In this document: one piece after another, positions 1 through 9,781 of the stretch | How the letters are laid out: the number at the start of each line of letters is the position of its first letter | Position numbering within the stretch: the stretch's first letter is position 1 | Assembly: GCA_963786955.1 (NCBI GenBank) | Contig: CAWBAT010000004.1 | Span: 384,001-448,000 of the forward strand | Length of the DNA stretch: 64,000 nucleotides | DNA from: an uncultured Acidimicrobiia bacterium | GTDB lineage: Bacteria > Acidobacteriota > Terriglobia > Versatilivoradales > Versatilivoraceae | Direction of reading: 5' to 3' | Position numbers and translations under genes: made by a program | The notes under the pieces: model-generated | What the model saw: the letters and a program-made list of their open reading frames with translations, nothing else | Database searches by the model: none | What the model was told of the DNA's origin: nothing

Positions 1-1
1 C

Positions 2-196
2 GGAATGGGACAGTTCGATATCGCCGTCATAGCTTTACTTGGATTATCGCTCACAGTGTTTATTCTCGTGGCATTGGCTGCAGCGTTTGTATTGCGATTG
101 CGAGCGCAGTGGGGACGAATCGCCATGCGGGTCGTGGGTAGTTGGATTGCAGCGAGCGGACTGCTGATGCTCGGTTGGGCGATACGCGGAGGTTGA
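2..196 (+). CDS. C-terminal part of a HupE/UreJ-like membrane protein (truncated by window edge)
   Basis: Hydrophobic helices ending in RVVGSWIAASGLLMLGW, resembling HupE/UreJ-2 C-termini; frame open from window start. Confidence 0.55.
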   Translation, partial: GMGQFDIAVIALLGLSLTVFILVALAAAFVLRLRAQWGRIAMRVVGSWIAASGLLMLGWAIRGG

Positions 197-443
197 GGCG
201 ACTTGGCGTTCTGCCGCACGTTTTATGGCACCATGCCGTGCGAGTTCTTTCAATAACTTGTCATCCATCCCTCACTTGAGCCTTCACCGATTCACAGACT
301 CTCGCCTAAAATTATTTTAAAAAAACTCAAACTGGCGAAGTTGGGCGAATTGCGTGGCCGTCGGCATGAAACGAAACACTGAGGGCTCGCAATCTCTGTT
401 CAATGCATCAAAAATTGCCAAGAGTCAAATCCCAGCCAATGAT

Positions 444-2267
444 TTATTCCCAAGTGGCTGAGATCGTTCGAAATGTCCCCGGTTCTGACCTAAGGATCAA
501 GGTGTCCCCTGATCGTATCACTTGCCCGCGGATTTCAATCGGTTCGGCAACCCGATCTAAGATCTCATTACTAACCGGATGGCCGTCCACTCCCTGAAGC
601 AGCAAGACAGTTGCTTCCCCTTTTTGTTTTCTGACCAGAAAACCAGGAGGAATCCCTCCACTGATACAGCGAACGGCGCAGTCGCGATGAACCTTTCCAC
701 TTCCCGGGTTCATCACCCCGAAATAGCACTTGCTATCTATAATCTCACCCTTCAAGGTGTAGGTTCCCAGATCCTCAGTGCTCGGAGATTTGAGCTCACT
801 GACGACGTTGCCCACTAAATGCAGGCTCGCGGGAAGCAGTTCAATCATCGTCAGCCCATCGCGATAAATGAGGGCCCCTTGAAGCTGAACTTTCTTGCCC
901 TGATATTCAGCTAGTTTTCGATCAACGCCATGTTTTCCCGGTGCAACCAAAAGATAACGTGAGAAAGCCTGAGCAGACTCCCAAACTCCAGGGCGTTCGG
1001 CCAAGAGGCTGGGTGTTGGAAAGTTTTGAAATACTCCTTCAAAGTTCCGGTAAATTTGAAACTCAAATGCACTCGCCTCAAACGGCTGCTGAGCCAAAAC
1101 AAGAACAAGGGCGACAACCAGAGCGCCGGCGCCAATGCCAAATACAGTTCGTCTGAGAAGGACTGCCAACCGAGCAGGCACTTTGGGTTCATAGCCAATG
1201 TAAAATTCATCTTGACCATGAGATTCTGACCTCAAGTCCACGAGCACCGGTTGCTGGGTTGAACCCGAAAGGTTAGGCTGGGGATGGACAAACACATTAC
1301 CATCGATCACTCTCGTAGGAAATGTGGCCACTTTCTCGTGGAAGGGAGGGGGAGAAGCTCCAGTTTCTGGAAGGTACTGGTAACCATGCCAAGGACAAGT
1401 GACGCACCCGTCAATGATTTTCCCTTCCCCCAAGGGCCCGTTTTGATGCACACAAACGTTTGATAGAGCAGTAACCTTACCGTCATAATGAAAGACGGCA
1501 ATTCGCTCTCCCCCGAGCGAAATCACCTTTGCCCTGTTGTTCGGGATGCCGCTTAAAGTGCATACTTTGGTGAATCCCTCCCCATCTGCAATATGCTTAA
1601 GGTTGTCAATCCGACGCTCCCGGACGGCGGCAGCAAGATGAAGCCCCAGGACTACGGCTAACCCAAGTCCGACAATCCATCCCAAAACGGGATTTGTTTC
1701 GGATTGCAGCACACCCAAAGTGACATGCCCCACCAGAAGCCCATAAGCCAGGTACACTCCCATGTGAAGCCGTTTCCATACTGGGGGAGTCAGGTTAGAC
1801 AGCCAGAAATCATGACTGGTGGCGGCCATCAAGAACAGAATCAATAGCGCCATCAACCCGAGCTGTTGAAAGGGGAAATCAGGCAAACTGTTGTACCGCA
1901 GATTACTCACCAGCAGGCTAACTAACGGGTTCAAGTTCCCAAAGCCATGGAACTGAATTAGCGCAAACATCCCGTGTGCAAGCGCCAGCAAGAACATGGT
2001 CACACCCAAGTGACGCCGGTTGTAGAGCAACGGAAGAGAACGGGGATCTAGCCGGCACAGGGGCCCGATGCAAAGGATGATGTGCAGCAAGAAGAAACTG
2101 GCCGTTCCGAGACCTCGAATCAACAAGGTCTCAAACGTCGCATACGGATGAATCCAAGCACCAATCCCAACGAAGACCGCAAGAAAGCCTGTTATCAAGC
2201 ACACAAGCACCAAATCATAGATCCGCTTTTGATGATTCCATCCAATAGCCCGGTATTGCAAGCTCAT
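444..2267 (-). CDS. Ferric-reductase-like (MsrQ-type) transmembrane domain + Rieske 2Fe-2S + Cys-rich C-terminal domain fusion
   Basis: NRRHLGV, ATSHD and WKRLH heme-b His motifs in about six TM helices; Rieske CVHQNGPL...CPWHG; C-terminal DSKCYFGVM...HRDCAVRCISGG. Confidence 0.85.
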   Translation of the reverse strand: MSLQYRAIGWNHQKRIYDLVLVCLITGFLAVFVGIGAWIHPYATFETLLIRGLGTASFFLLHIILCIGPLCRLDPRSLPLLYNRRHLGVTMFLLALAHGMFALIQFHGFGNLNPLVSLLVSNLRYNSLPDFPFQQLGLMALLILFLMAATSHDFWLSNLTPPVWKRLHMGVYLAYGLLVGHVTLGVLQSETNPVLGWIVGLGLAVVLGLHLAAAVRERRIDNLKHIADGEGFTKVCTLSGIPNNRAKVISLGGERIAVFHYDGKVTALSNVCVHQNGPLGEGKIIDGCVTCPWHGYQYLPETGASPPPFHEKVATFPTRVIDGNVFVHPQPNLSGSTQQPVLVDLRSESHGQDEFYIGYEPKVPARLAVLLRRTVFGIGAGALVVALVLVLAQQPFEASAFEFQIYRNFEGVFQNFPTPSLLAERPGVWESAQAFSRYLLVAPGKHGVDRKLAEYQGKKVQLQGALIYRDGLTMIELLPASLHLVGNVVSELKSPSTEDLGTYTLKGEIIDSKCYFGVMNPGSGKVHRDCAVRCISGGIPPGFLVRKQKGEATVLLLQGVDGHPVSNEILDRVAEPIEIRGQVIRSGDTLILRSEPGTFRTISATWE

Positions 2268-2653
2268 GGCAGTTTCTCTTTCCTGGTGACTGGCCTGGCC
2301 TCAATCACCTTTTGCTGAGCAAGGCTATACAATAGAACATAGCCATCCGAAGGGAGCGGCGCATTTGAAACGTACCCGCCGTGGAGAGCTCCTAGGAGGC
2401 GCGCTTCCGGCACTAATCCTTGACTTGCCGGACTGACAGGCGACCAGTAAACCAGTGCGTCTGGGGTAAGCGTTTCTTTAAATGATTTCAGGTATCCCGA
2501 GAACTCTGCAGGCCAGTCACACTGCCGCGGAAGTTGAATTTCGACGGGCGGGAAGGGCCTCCGAACCAGCATTCCCATAAGGAAGACGAGTGGCAAGACA
2601 ACAGCAGCAGTGATAACGATCCGAAGATGCAGACGTCGTAAAGGTTGAATCAT
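2264..2653 (-). CDS. Hypothetical membrane-anchored protein (start likely MIQPLRR)
   Basis: Single TM helix; 4-bp overlaps with both neighbours suggest an operon. Confidence 0.65.
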   Translation of the reverse strand: MIQPLRRLHLRIVITAAVVLPLVFLMGMLVRRPFPPVEIQLPRQCDWPAEFSGYLKSFKETLTPDALVYWSPVSPASQGLVPEARLLGALHGGYVSNAPLPSDGYVLLYSLAQQKVIEARPVTRKEKLP

Positions 2654-2868
2654 TCTGACGGCCTTCGGCGCCATGAGCGGTGGAGCAGTAGCGGCCACAT
2701 TGCTACAACGCCCGGGAATACAATCAATCGGAACGGCAATCCCGCTCCATTGGCCCTTGGATCCATTCTGCCAATTCCGATCATCATGAATGGGACAGCA
2801 AAAAGTACTCCCAGGACCCCATAGGCAATAAGTAAACCCACGATGAATTCAGCCATGTTAACGGACAT
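2650..2868 (-). CDS. Small two-TM hypothetical membrane protein
   Basis: 72 aa hydrophobic ORF tightly packed between the SDR and the next gene. Confidence 0.7.
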   Translation of the reverse strand: MSVNMAEFIVGLLIAYGVLGVLFAVPFMMIGIGRMDPRANGAGLPFRLIVFPGVVAMWPLLLHRSWRRRPSE

Positions 2869-2870
2869 CG

Positions 2871-3575
2871 CTAAAGACCCGCACCATAGACAGGAATGAG
2901 TGCACCACTGATTTCGGAAGCCTCGTCAGAGGCCAGCCATAGCGCCACACGAGCCACTTTTGACGGCGGTACCCACTTTGAGGGATCAGCAGACGGAGAC
3001 TCGGTCCGATTGGCCGGAGTATCCATGGTCCCAGGTAAGATGACATTGGCCGTAATGCCGTCGTCCTTACCTTCGAGTGCAACCGTGCGAATCAGCGAGA
3101 CCAGAGCAGCCTTTGATGCGCAATAAGCCGAGAGATAGGCTTTCGGTTCCACGGCCGAACGAGCCCCGATGGCAATCACCCTGCCCCACTTCGCCTTTCG
3201 CATAGGGGGAAGGACGGCACGCGTCATATTGAAAGCAGACCGCACATTGAGGTTCATCATTTTGTCCCAGGTGGCATCATCTGTGTCGTCGACCAGTTCA
3301 CCCCCCGCAAAACCACCCATGACATGAACCAGCACATCAATTCTCCCGAACTTGGCAACCACATTGGCAGCCAGTTCCTTAGAAGAATCTCCGCGTGTCA
3401 AGTCAGCGGGTAGGGCAAGGAATTTTGGATGAGAAAAGGCAGATTGTTGGATCGACCGGGCCACTCCGAAGACCACAGCCCCAGCAGCAAGAAACTCTTC
3501 AGTCATGAAGGACCCGAGACCACCTTGGGCACCGGTAATTACCACAACTTTGTTTTCTAGAGTATTCGTCATCAT
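2871..3575 (-). CDS. SDR family NAD(P)-dependent oxidoreductase
   Basis: TGAQGGLG Rossmann motif, YCASK catalytic motif, AGGAG RBS. Confidence 0.95.
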   Translation of the reverse strand: MMTNTLENKVVVITGAQGGLGSFMTEEFLAAGAVVFGVARSIQQSAFSHPKFLALPADLTRGDSSKELAANVVAKFGRIDVLVHVMGGFAGGELVDDTDDATWDKMMNLNVRSAFNMTRAVLPPMRKAKWGRVIAIGARSAVEPKAYLSAYCASKAALVSLIRTVALEGKDDGITANVILPGTMDTPANRTESPSADPSKWVPPSKVARVALWLASDEASEISGALIPVYGAGL

Positions 3576-3881
3576 GACTCCTTAGCATTCAGGAATGCTC
3601 GATTTCAATATGATCTTGAGCGTTCAACCCAGTCTAAACAGCTAAATGCCAACGGTTCCCCAAAATATTCCGAGACGATAGAATCACCCATCGAATTGTG
3701 AGGGCCGCTTTTGAACTGTTGCCGTGGTTTAAAAGGTGAATGGAACGGATGGAACACCCATCTCCACTTCAACGGTAAAGGGTACGATTTGATTGAACCC
3801 TGCGGCGAGAAGGATAGAAAGTCGGCGGCAATCCATTCGCTCGTGGTCTGATGGGAAATCTATCAGCAAGAAAGGATGAGA

Positions 3882-3908
3882 CCTGGGGAAGTCTTAGATT
3901 TCCCCAGG
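3882..3908. terminator. Hairpin downstream of sodC (possible terminator)
   Basis: cctggggaagtc-tta-gatttccccagg inverted repeat. Confidence 0.4.
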
Positions 3909-3974
3909 ATCTTTGATGAACCCGCAACTATAGGCAGGCACTGAAAACTAATTTGGCCTCAGCAATTCTGCAAG

Positions 3975-4109
3975 CTTAATACCGCCATTCGTAATTGCTG
4001 TGACGTATCTTAGGATAGGCGCCGCGCGGGGTCACGCGGCCTACAAAGTTGTAGGCCGGGGCACCGACCCGGCGTTAATGTCACCGTAATTATGAAAAAC
4101 AGCACTTAG
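3975..4109. repeat. MITE-like element containing GTAG-type REP hairpins (copy A)
   Basis: Imperfect ~32-bp terminal inverted repeats; internal ggcctacaaagttgtaggccggggcaccgacccggc; similar copy at 55455-55605. Confidence 0.75.
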
Positions 4110-4132
4110 TTTGGATTTGCGCTCATTAAGTC

Positions 4133-4654
4133 TTACTTCATGATTACTCCGCAAGCAATTCGATTCCCGGCATTGCCCGTAGGATCGGTTGTTTCGTCGT
4201 CTGCCTTCTCGTGAATAATGAGTGCCGTACCGCCTTCATGAAAAAGGGAGTTGGAACCCGGAGTTAGAGTTACTCGCTTGTTCAGTAACACGGCCTTCCC
4301 CTTGCCATTTTTGCCGACCGTGATGTTGGGCAAGTCGCCGGCATGAGGTCCTGAAGGGTTTTTCAAGCCGTGTTTCATGTTCTGAGGATTGAGGTGTCCA
4401 CCAGCCGTTTTGAAGTCGGGGGGATCACATTTGCCTACTGTGTGGATGTGGAAAGCGTGCTGGCCGGGAGGCAGGTTGAATACCTTAAGCGAAATGTCAA
4501 TTCCATCGATAGCCTGCTTGAAAGTGACATTCCCCACTTTCTGACCCTGCGCATTTTTTAGTTCTGCCTTCGCTGATTTCGGCCCCTTTTCGGCGCCTAA
4601 CAGCGAACCCACAAACAGCAATAAAATCCCTAATGAACTTGTGTATTTGCTCAT
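4133..4654 (-). CDS. sodC: Cu/Zn superoxide dismutase, exported
   Basis: Signal peptide; HAFHIH, AGGHLNP, HAGDLPN, IIHEKADD and GNRIACG motifs. Confidence 0.95.
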   Translation of the reverse strand: MSKYTSSLGILLLFVGSLLGAEKGPKSAKAELKNAQGQKVGNVTFKQAIDGIDISLKVFNLPPGQHAFHIHTVGKCDPPDFKTAGGHLNPQNMKHGLKNPSGPHAGDLPNITVGKNGKGKAVLLNKRVTLTPGSNSLFHEGGTALIIHEKADDETTDPTGNAGNRIACGVIMK

Positions 4655-4910
4655 GCTCCCTCTCCTTTAAGTGGTCATTCGAACTGGTAGGTATCATCCT
4701 ACCACAGGTGGAGTAGGTAACTCGTTTGTTCTTGACTCATCTATAGCATGCCCCTCGCCTGTCGGTTCGCCATCCAGAAGAAAACGTATTATTTACAGTT
4801 TGGTTCATGCTAGTCAAACGCAAATTCGAAGCTCTTACCGATTTTCAGATTCTCTCGGAACCAGAGAGGAGAGCCGTGCTGAACTGACGGTGAGGTGTTG
4901 ATAAGAAGTC

Positions 4911-4954
4911 GTCGCGACGAGAGGATTTGAACCTCCGACCCCCTTGAACCCAAG
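4911..4954 (-). repeat. Copy of tRNA-Pro 3' half (att-like direct repeat)
   Basis: cgagaggatttgaacctccgaccccct at 4918-4944 is identical to 7772-7798 in the tRNA. Confidence 0.85.
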
Positions 4955-5194
4955 CTCGTTCTGTGAGTTGTGAATGAGCATTATCGAATGCGCTGGAATA
5001 CGTAGGTACATAGGGGCGTACCATCTAAAAAGGGTCCCCCGCTGGGCGGTTAAGGCCGTCGAGTTTAACATCCTTCGTACAGATTTGAGCCAGAAGTCTA
5101 GAACGTCTGGGAAGTCGAACCTCCAATAGGTGTGTCAAGATCATTGTCTCCCCCCGTGTTCCGCCCAGATTGAGAGTAGCTTTGGCGAAGGCTT

Positions 5195-6229
5195 TCATGA
5201 CACAGTCCTCCACTGTCTGATTTGCTGAATCAAGAGTTCAAAACCGCTGAGGAACAACATCTGGAAGCGTGCCACCGGTCCGTAACCGCGAAACTCCTCC
5301 GGCGTCAAGGCAGCCAGATCGCAAGCACGGACAAAATCCGGAAACTTGTCGCGCAATTCCCCGATTGTTTCCGGTGCCGCGGACGCCTCGATGCGACTCG
5401 CCGGGGCTGGGCACTCGCGTTGCACTGCTTCCATCAAACTGCCGCTAAGAGTAATCACCATCCCGTCTCCCCGCACCTCGGCCCAATGAAACGTCATGCC
5501 CGCGCCGCCAGAAAGGACCTGGGCAGCGTAGCCCCGATTGCGACGAACCGCATAAGCTGCCCGGGCCGTGCTGATCCCAGCCTGCCGCAGCAATTCCGGC
5601 GCGACAGTGACGCCGCGTCGTTTCGCGTCCTCGACGAGGTACTCATCGAACAGTCCCGGCAACATCGTAATCAGACATCGCGGTTTCTTTTGGGTGCGCC
5701 GCAACCCGCGTTGATGCGCCTCGGCCATTAGAATGTATTGTGCCACGGAGAAACTCATCGTGCCGATGGTGGACCAGCCGCGCGCCGTCAGTTCCTCCAT
5801 CGCCTGCGCACCAACGGGCGTGGCCGGTAGCTTGATGATGATGTTTTCACCGAGCGTGTGAAACTTCTCCGCCTCGGTCAGCAGGTACGCCAGATCGTCG
5901 TTCCGCCGCGGATTCCCTTGGATCGCAACTTGTCCGTACCGGCCTTGCGAATCTTGGAAGAGCGGATGGAATAACGCCAGAGGACGCGCCACGAATTTCT
6001 GAATCACCTGCACCGCCAACACTTCGTCGTCGCCCACGCCACAGTCCTCGACCATCGCGCGGACGAAGTCCGGTTCCGACTTGAGCAGCGCCGAGATGTA
6101 TACCGGGTTGGAAGCCACGCCGACCGCACCGTTCTGCAACGCCGCCTGCAATTCGGGGCCGGTGGGATTGTTGATCCAGAATTCGGTGCCGGCTCGCGCC
6201 AGTGTATCGCGAAAATATTCGTGATTCAT
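5195..6229 (-). CDS. Transaldolase-family protein (divergent)
   Basis: GAVGVASNP, NIIIKLP (Schiff-base Lys) and TMSFSVAQ motifs; start probably MNHEYF. Confidence 0.8.
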   Translation of the reverse strand: MNHEYFRDTLARAGTEFWINNPTGPELQAALQNGAVGVASNPVYISALLKSEPDFVRAMVEDCGVGDDEVLAVQVIQKFVARPLALFHPLFQDSQGRYGQVAIQGNPRRNDDLAYLLTEAEKFHTLGENIIIKLPATPVGAQAMEELTARGWSTIGTMSFSVAQYILMAEAHQRGLRRTQKKPRCLITMLPGLFDEYLVEDAKRRGVTVAPELLRQAGISTARAAYAVRRNRGYAAQVLSGGAGMTFHWAEVRGDGMVITLSGSLMEAVQRECPAPASRIEASAAPETIGELRDKFPDFVRACDLAALTPEEFRGYGPVARFQMLFLSGFELLIQQIRQWRTVS

Positions 6230-6769
6230 CTGCCTCTCCCTCAGATCTTTTTCAGATGCCGTGTTCGTCCGTTCCAAGTTTAGAATCTGTGGCCTGGATT
6301 ACGTGTTGTACACAGATTTCAATCCGACCGGCAAACTTAGAGCGCCAGACCTTCACTCAAATGCCGAAGTATTAGAGATCGAATCTTCACAATAAATCCA
6401 CCCACGGTGTTAGACCTCTATCCAAACCAGCAGGAAGTAAACCAAGAGAGTCATTGCACTCAGCGAAGACCAATTCTACCATTGGTCCATCTGGTAAGCT
6501 AACTGCCAGTCATAGCCGACTTCTGATAAAATAGAGGTTTGTCTGTATAAACGGTCCTTCAGTGAGGACACCAAGCGACATTTCGGTAGTATCCTAATTT
6601 GGCGCAGCCAGGAGACTGGCCTGAGGGGACGCTATGGTGTCAGGAACCTACGCGGCCAAGTAATGCAAGTAATGGAACGAAAGATTTTCGGCTCATCGTT
6701 GTGATTTCTGTCCCGCAGCCACATCGGTGTTAATCTCCCTGGACTTATGGCGTGACACGCTCAGCGAAG

Positions 6770-7250
6770 TCCAACTTCCCGTCGCCTTTGCCGTTAAATG
6801 TTTCGCCCGAAAGGCGATTTGCCCCACGTGATATCAATAATGAGCCATTTGCCGGTTGATCGCTTGCATCACAGAATGCGGCTCCGTGCGGATCGTAACC
6901 GTGCGCGTCAAGTCTACCTCCTCTAACGGCCCCAGCGCATCGAACAGAGTTTTCCAGCCAGATTCCCACATCACGATCAACTCGTCTCCGCTCCTCGGCG
7001 GCCCTTCGAATTCACAATCGCGGTTCCGGCCTGGCTTTTCTCCGTCCGTGATCAAGAAATCTGTCCACCGTGACCGCATATTCCCCGCCATGTGTTTCAC
7101 GATGATTGCAATCGAATTTGACTCGTCATCTAGCGTCGAGAATAGCCCTTCCTCTGAGCATTGTTCGATCGCCCGTGTCGGCGAGTCGCTTGTAATAGCG
7201 GAATAAGTCTATCGGTCTTTGAGATAAGAGGTGGTCAGATGATGTGCCAT
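6770..7250 (-). pseudogene. DUF1572/DinB-like pseudogene
   Basis: Fragments FRYYKRLA, KHMAGNMRSRWTDFL..DGEKP.RNRD.EF and QMAHY*YHVGQI, split by a frameshift and an in-frame stop. Confidence 0.8.
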
Positions 7251-7459
7251 GGCCGGATTGTACTGCCGGGTTACCTTGAAGGTAAGAGAGTTGGCGCGAC
7301 CGACTGCGTGTTGTCAACCCCGATGAGCCACTTGTGGTGGCCCGCCTTATCGAGGAGCATCATAACAACCACTTCATCTCGATTATGGACAAACACCTCC
7401 CTCAATAGCGGAGAGCATGGCGAAGCTTGACCAAGGCGGGGGGAGTAAAAGTGCTATGC

Positions 7460-7677
7460 TTCCACGATCTGAGACACCAAGCCATTACTGAGCTTTGCGA
7501 GGCGGGGCTGTCGATATGACTATCATGGGGATTGCGAGTCGTATTTCAAGAGAGATGTTGATGCATTACTCCCACATTCGGATAAAGACGAAGCGCGAAG
7601 CAGTTGCGATGCTGAAAACAGCGGTGCCGGTGACCTCAACCCCGGCAGAAAACTTCGAGCCGGTGAGGGTAACTTGA
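7460..7677 (+). pseudogene. Tyrosine integrase C-terminal remnant
   Basis: FHDLRHQAITEL, then a frameshift into TIMGIASRISREMLMHYSHIR (box II and catalytic Tyr region); adjacent to the tRNA. Confidence 0.8.
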
Positions 7678-7762
7678 GGGGGATTTGATGGGGTTACAGT
7701 ACAAACAACGGTACAAAGGGGGGTTGTGTTGAGTAAAATTCATCGCAAGTTGTTGATTATTC

Positions 7763-7839
<77 letters not shown>

Positions 7840-8023
7840 ACGGCTTGCTGAAACAGCGCATCACAGTAATGGATGGAGAGAAATTCTGTCAAGTGAATTT
7901 CCTGGCCCGTGCCTATCCCTGCGAGCCACAATTCCAAGCCAGGCGGGTTCTTGAAGACTCTTTCATGAGCCTCCGATTCTCGGTCCACAACAAGTGGAAA
8001 TCCATCCTGCGATTAGCCCAAGC

Positions 8024-8653
8024 TCATGTTTGGGAGCCCTTCTCCAGATTCTTGAGGAGATAACCCCGCATCGTACGAAGCGCCTTACCGCGGTGGCTTA
8101 TCTGCTCTTTCTCTTCGATCGACAACTCCGCAATCGTCCTGTGCCACGAAGGGACCAAAAAAATTGGATCGTAGCCGAAGCCTAGGTTTCCCCTCGGCTC
8201 GCGGGTGATGCTCCCCTCAAGAGTCCCACGAAACTCTCCCAGGATCTCGCCTTCCCGCGCTAAAGCAAGGCAACAAATAAAGCGCGCCATCCGCTGGGGA
8301 TCTGGGATCTCCGATAGCCGGTGAAGTACTTCCCTATAACGATCCTCGTCACTGGCCGATTCGCTGAGAAAGCGGGCGGAATGGACTCCGGGCTGGCCGT
8401 CTAATGCATCCACTTCCAAACCAGAGTCATCCGCCAAAGTCAGCCATTTTGAAAATTGGCTGTAATACAAAGCTTTTTGTCGCGCAATCAAGTCAAAACT
8501 ATCCCCAACTTCCTGATATTTAGGAATACCAGGCAACTGCCCCAGGCCTACAGAATGGAAGGTCAACCCTTCGAGAAAATGTTGAATCTCTTTAATTTTA
8601 CCAGGGTTGAAAGTTGCGATGATCAGAGGCTCGATGTTCTTTGAAGGCAGCAT
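8024..8653 (-). CDS. rdgB: dITP/XTP pyrophosphatase
   Basis: ATFNPGK, ADDSGL, GFGYDPIF and SHRGKA motifs; follows rph. Confidence 0.95.
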   Translation of the reverse strand: MLPSKNIEPLIIATFNPGKIKEIQHFLEGLTFHSVGLGQLPGIPKYQEVGDSFDLIARQKALYYSQFSKWLTLADDSGLEVDALDGQPGVHSARFLSESASDEDRYREVLHRLSEIPDPQRMARFICCLALAREGEILGEFRGTLEGSITREPRGNLGFGYDPIFLVPSWHRTIAELSIEEKEQISHRGKALRTMRGYLLKNLEKGSQT

Positions 8654-8740
8654 GGGTTGATGGATGGGTTCGCACAGGACGTTCAGGCATCGGAAAAATC
8701 GAGGCAGCTTGATAGGACGGCAAGAATTCAGGACCAGTAA

Positions 8741-8765
8741 GGGCGGGCAGGATGCCCGCCTGCCC
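8741..8765. repeat. Short GC-rich REP-like palindrome
   Basis: ggcgggca-gga-tgcccgcc between rph and rdgB. Confidence 0.5.
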
Positions 8766-8773
8766 AGGGGGGA

Positions 8774-9490
8774 TTACCACGCCACGAGTTTTTTCTGAAT
8801 TTCGATGAGTTGCCGGATGCCGGACGAAGCCAATTCGATCAACCCTTCAAGAATTTCTTTCCCAAAGGGGCTACCTTCAGCGGTGCCTTGCACTTCCACT
8901 AATGTTCCCTCACCGGTCTGCACCAGGTTCATGTCAACCTGCGCATGAGAGTCTTCCTCATAATTAAGATCCAGTAATAATTCACCCTCCACACATCCAA
9001 CGCTCGTTGCCGCCACGTAGTCTTTGAGAGGGACCTTCTCCAACGTTCCTTCATGCACCAGTTTCTGCAGGGCCAAGCCTAAGGCTACAAACCCTCCCGT
9101 AATCGAGGCCGTGCGGGTGCCACCATCCGCTTCGATCACGTCGCAATCCACCCAAAGCGTTCGTTCCCCAAGTTCCTCCATGCTGGTAACACTTCTCAAA
9201 GATCTTCCGATCAAACGCTGAATTTCCTGGGTACGGCCGGAAGGCTTCCCTTTCGTCGCTTCTCTCGCCGTCCGCGTCTGCGTCGCCCGAGGCAACATGC
9301 CATACTCACTGGTCACCCAGCCTCTTCCCTGCCCTTTCAAAAATGCTGGAACTGCATTTTCGACGCTGACCGTGCAAATGACTCGAGTGTTTCCAACTGT
9401 AATCAGCACCGAACCATCCGCATTCTTGATAAAGTACGGATGAATCTCCACTTTTCGAAGCTGATCGGCCGTTCTACCATCAACACGCAT
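8774..9490 (-). CDS. rph: Ribonuclease PH
   Basis: [21 protein letters not shown] and [12 protein letters not shown] motifs. Confidence 0.98.
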   Translation of the reverse strand: MRVDGRTADQLRKVEIHPYFIKNADGSVLITVGNTRVICTVSVENAVPAFLKGQGRGWVTSEYGMLPRATQTRTAREATKGKPSGRTQEIQRLIGRSLRSVTSMEELGERTLWVDCDVIEADGGTRTASITGGFVALGLALQKLVHEGTLEKVPLKDYVAATSVGCVEGELLLDLNYEEDSHAQVDMNLVQTGEGTLVEVQGTAEGSPFGKEILEGLIELASSGIRQLIEIQKKLVAW

Positions 9491-9558
9491 AAATCTCCTT
9501 CTTCAAGATCATACACTCATGAGTTGTCACTTCTCAACGCCTTGGGTTCTTCACGTCG

Positions 9559-9667
9559 CTAGTACTAACTTGCAGAAGTCCGCGTTGTAGCTAGCCCCGC
9601 TGTTTAGACCCGGGGTCAGCGACCCCGGCTACAACAATTAACGCGAATTTGTGCAACTTAGTACTAG
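9559..9667. repeat. MITE-like element with CTAGTACT termini containing a GTAG-type REP
   Basis: ctagtactaacttgcagaagtccgcgtt ... aacgcgaatttgtgcaacttagtactag inverted repeat; internal ccggggtcagcgaccccggctac. Confidence 0.75.
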
Positions 9668-9781
9668 TCAGAGCGGTAGCTCCCGGATCTGGACGAAAAG
9701 CAACTCAACACTACTTTCGCTCGTTCACAGATCGGCCATCATTGTACTCTGAACAGACCCCAAAAGCCCCGTAAGATAAGA

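Larger units (their letters stand above)
4945..7762. mobile_element. Decayed ~2.8-kb genomic island integrated at tRNA-Pro
   Basis: Bounded by the tRNA and the copy of its 3' half; contains an integrase remnant, a pseudogene and a GC-rich cargo gene. Confidence 0.7.

Noticed and set aside
4835-5071. Possible second tRNA or small ORF at the island boundary
   Set aside because: Only the 3' half of a tRNA is present, with no D-arm or 5' acceptor strand, so it is treated as an att-like repeat.
6280-6745. Possible additional gene remnants in the tRNA island
   Set aside because: No recognisable motif or ORF could be supported.
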